Part shown: positions 60,535-64,000 of the stretch, piece by piece
Layout: each line of letters begins with the position of its first letter
Numbering within the stretch: the first letter of the stretch is position 1
From: Antedon mediterranea
Lineage: Eukaryota > Animalia > Echinodermata
Direction of reading: 5' to 3'
Length of the DNA stretch: 64,000 bases
Assembly: GCF_964355755.1 (NCBI RefSeq)
Contig: NC_092670.1
Span: 734,201-798,200 of the forward strand
Notes under the pieces: generated by a model
Databases searched by the model: none
Told to the model about the DNA's origin: nothing
The model's input: the letters and a program-made list of their open reading frames with translations, nothing else
Position numbers and translations under genes: made by a program

Positions 60535-62854
60535 GGTCTACATAACATGAATTAAATAAATTGTGTATGAATCCGAAGATGGATTCATTTTGGAAAGAAG
60601 TTTGGCAATTCGATTTTTGTTTCATTAGAATGTTATATTATCAGACAACACATTTAGGCTTAACTTAACGTAACAGTTCAGATAACCAGGCAATGTAAGC
60701 CTACTTAGTCTATCGATACGTGATGGTGACCCCACTAACTCATTCATAATGTCCTTCTATAACAACTATAGCAAACATGTTGATATTATAATTACTGTAC
60801 GTTCTTCTTTTTCGTTAACCCTATCGTGTTCTGTAGTGTAGTACCAACAAAGCACGGGTCAAGTATCCGGAAGGGTAATCCATTCACTAATCAACTTCTG
60901 TATCATCTTCACTTCCTGTTCAATCAGACAATTTTATTCGTTCAACACCACGTAAGTATATACTAGGCCTATTCCATAGAATAGACCTACTACTCAATAA
61001 TGAATATTAATTGATTTACAACATACACCGGTTTGACAGCTGACATCCATTATCAGTACAACTTATTTGCTTTCATAGGATCACATGTGGAGAAATAAGT
61101 GTTGATGAGTCCATTTTCTTTTAAGTACTAAAAATAATTCCCCGGGCACAGTTTTCGCTTTTATTGAATCGGTTACGTTTCTGCTTCAATAGAAATGATC
61201 TTATTTTTCTTTTTTCTTTTTAAAGCGCACACTCACTTTTTTTTTTACTAACGGAAGGAAATATTGCATTCAAAATAGCCTACTACTTAAGAGAGAGTTC
61301 TAAATTAAATAATTAAATACAAAATACAATAAAGGCTGACGATTTTACAGGCCTTGAGAACATTTAAAAAAAACCAAATAATGATACCTGCGTCATCTCT
61401 GTGTCATCAATTTAGTGATTTTTACTGTTTTATACATTTTTATTATTTGAACCACACAGGACCATACGTAAAACAGGTGATCTATACTAATAATAATAAT
61501 ATTTTTTTATCCTTATGCCTACTTGTTTAATCGAATAAAGATTGTATAAAACCTACCTAAATCATAGTAATGTTCTACTATCTGATCAAACTGGCTATTT
61601 CTAAAAATTGTAGGCCCAAGCAAAGAGATTTGCTTAGGCCGAAATTATCTCATTTGAATTTCATAAAATGTAGCCCTACGACACAACATTAGTCTTCAAT
61701 AGACGCTCCTGTAATTGAAATTGTGGATATAATGCGCCATAAAAAAGAGAACAATTAAGTAAATTTAATTTTAATTAAATTTTATTAAAAACAACACATT
61801 GTGAAGCATGGAGGAATTAGTTTCATGGGAAAAGTAAAAAAGCTGTAATTGAAAACTATCATTTAGGGCACTGAAAAGAAATAATTATAGAACTCAGGAC
61901 AATGTCACGACATTCGTCTAAAGTGACAAAACCATCCATCACCACAAACAATGGTGGCCATGAGGTAAATAGATTTTCTTGTTTAATGCAAATTTATAAT
62001 ATTCGATGAATACGACTATCGGATCGGTATTCTCACAGAGATTGAAGAATCGCCGATAGAAAGTTTCTTTGAAGCTAGAACAATAACAAATTTTGGAGAA
62101 CACTTCATGAAAATCAAGAGTGAACATGAACATCATGAAGATCATTTGATATAGGCTAGTATTATTTTGTTTATTTATTAGGTCCGATGGGTGCGTCTAG
62201 TTTGATTTAGGTCCGATGGGTGCGTCTAGTTTGATTCCATTCCTCTATACTGAATGATGTTTCACCTGGTTACATTTCTGAATAATATTTCGAAATCTAC
62301 TATAAATTTATTATATACATATATACATACATATTATGTTCTCCATATAGGCCATTGAAGCAATCAATCAGTTAGGCCTATTGTTTTATGATGCTGAGAA
62401 TTTGATATAGGCTACCATACATAATTTCATGTGAAGCAAATTATGTACTATTCATACATCGAGTGCATTAATTACAAAATGCATTAAAAAAATTCGCAGT
62501 TAAAACGAATGTTCGGAATAATAAGCAATGTTGAAAAAGGAGGTGTTAGAAACCGATTCCATAAACTGCCGACCGTACCTCCATCCTATGAATCCTATAA
62601 TTAATCAATGTTTAGTGAAATTATGATGATAGAGGCTATAAGTGTTGTGCCTATTGCATTCCTAGCTGTAAACTATTTGTGTTTTTTATTCCCCCACTTT
62701 AATGAAAAGGATAAATTTAAATGGAAAGGTTCTATATGTGGCTCTCATTATTAGTTTCTAAAAAAAAGCTTTCGAAATCAACGATGTGTATCTTTATCGA
62801 ATGGTTTTGTGTTGTTTCACACACGCTACTTCTCAAATTATCGTCTGCTGGCTG

Positions 62855-62862
62855 TGACGTCA
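62855..62862. promoter_or_regulatory. Full CRE palindrome upstream of the chromobox gene
   Basis: GTGACGTCAC about 160 bp before the ATG, in a CpG-rich patch. Motif match only. Confidence 0.4.
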
Positions 62863-63019
62863 CGAGTGATTATTACGGGATGTTACAAAGGCCGTGTGTA
62901 CGTTTGGCATCCTGTGTGCTATCAATAGCCCTTTCAATAATCTGCTATTGAATTGTGCTTCGCCTGAGCTATCGCCGTCTACAGGCCGTGTAGGCTGCTA
63001 GCTGACTGTACAATACATA

Positions 63020-64000
63020 ATGGCAGAACAAGATCAGGTCTTCGCCGCCGAAGCGATCCTACAAAAACGATTTAGAAAGGCTAGTAAACGATTTCTTACG
63101 GCTTACATATCTAAAGGAATTAATACTACGAAAATGTAAGATTCTAACTGTAATATTTTTTCGTTTTGTCTGTTACAGGGAAATGCTGAATTTTTAGTGA
63201 AATGGAAAGGCTGGTCGAATAAGTGAGTATAGTTTTATTCATAAGTTGAATTCTGCTTCCGTAATTATGCCCATGTTTATTCGATTATTTAGGCTTATAT
63301 TTCAATTTGTCTGCTTAAGATATTAATATAATCTGATAAAGAAATATATTCTCTTTTAGACACAATACTTGGGAACCCGAAAACAACATTTTAGATGACC
63401 GTTTATTGCGATTTTTCGAGCAACGGTAAGTAAATAATTGATTAGTATGATACAATATGGCGATCCGGTATAACACTTGAATTCGTATGTTGATTTTAAA
63501 GTTCATGCGGTATATACAGGCAACTCTTTATATTTTCGTTTTGTTAATTAGACAGAGAAATCGGGGATTTAGTACAGAACCTAGAAGGGGTAGAAGACCA
63601 AAACGTAGAGGTCGACCAGTAAGTAATAAAATTGTGTTTTCACCATGTATTTTGGTTATTTTTATGACGTATCGAGCGACAGTACAGAATTGTATGCGCC
63701 ATTTAACTGGTTTATCTGCTATAAATACAAAACCGTAAACAATACTCAAGTTTTCGTTTTATTTTTACAAAATATAAATATATGGAATTATATTTTTATC
63801 GTAGTCTTTAGATTCCAAACGAGAATTTTTAAATACAGAACCTAAACATGCAGTACAAGCAAAAGCTCGTCTTCGTCCTAGAAAGGATGACTTAATGTTG
63901 AACGAAAATTCAGACGACGACAGCAACAATGATGCATTTGATTTGAATAGTTTAGATGAGAATTCCAACACAGATATAAATTTCGTTGAAGACCCACCAA
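63020..64000 (+). CDS. Polycomb-type chromobox protein (Pc/CBX2/4/6/7/8 family), 5' part, truncated by window end
   Basis: Exons 63020-63079 (GC donor), 63179-63222, 63360-63425, 63552-63618, 63805->64000 give [51 protein letters not shown]...RRGRRPKRRGRP: a chromodomain with an intact F/W/W aromatic cage, followed by an AT-hook, typical of Pc-class CBX. Confidence 0.9.

Overview
AT-rich eukaryotic genomic DNA with spliceosomal introns, most likely an invertebrate deuterostome (inferred from gene content and a Deu/Nin-type SINE). I reconstructed five protein-coding genes exon by exon with frame-consistent splice sites: a biotinidase/vanin-family amidohydrolase (-), MBOAT7/LPIAT1 (+), BFAR (-), PARN (+) and the 5' part of a Polycomb-type chromobox gene (+, runs off the window). 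They form two head-to-head pairs, and BFAR/PARN matches the human arrangement. The first 8 kb is a nested stack of non-autonomous DNA transposons with intact TIRs/TSDs. Elsewhere there are a 3.8-kb Kolobok-like element, a decayed Sola2 element in PARN intron 1, tRNA-derived SINEs, MITEs and many minisatellites. I see no convincing new multi-gene system. The most unusual signals are the strongly over-represented palindrome TAGGCCTA and the motif TAC(A/T)GTA, each with one in-window indel suggesting transposon excision footprints, plus three GC-AG introns and SINEs with swapped tails. All coordinates and counts were made by eye.
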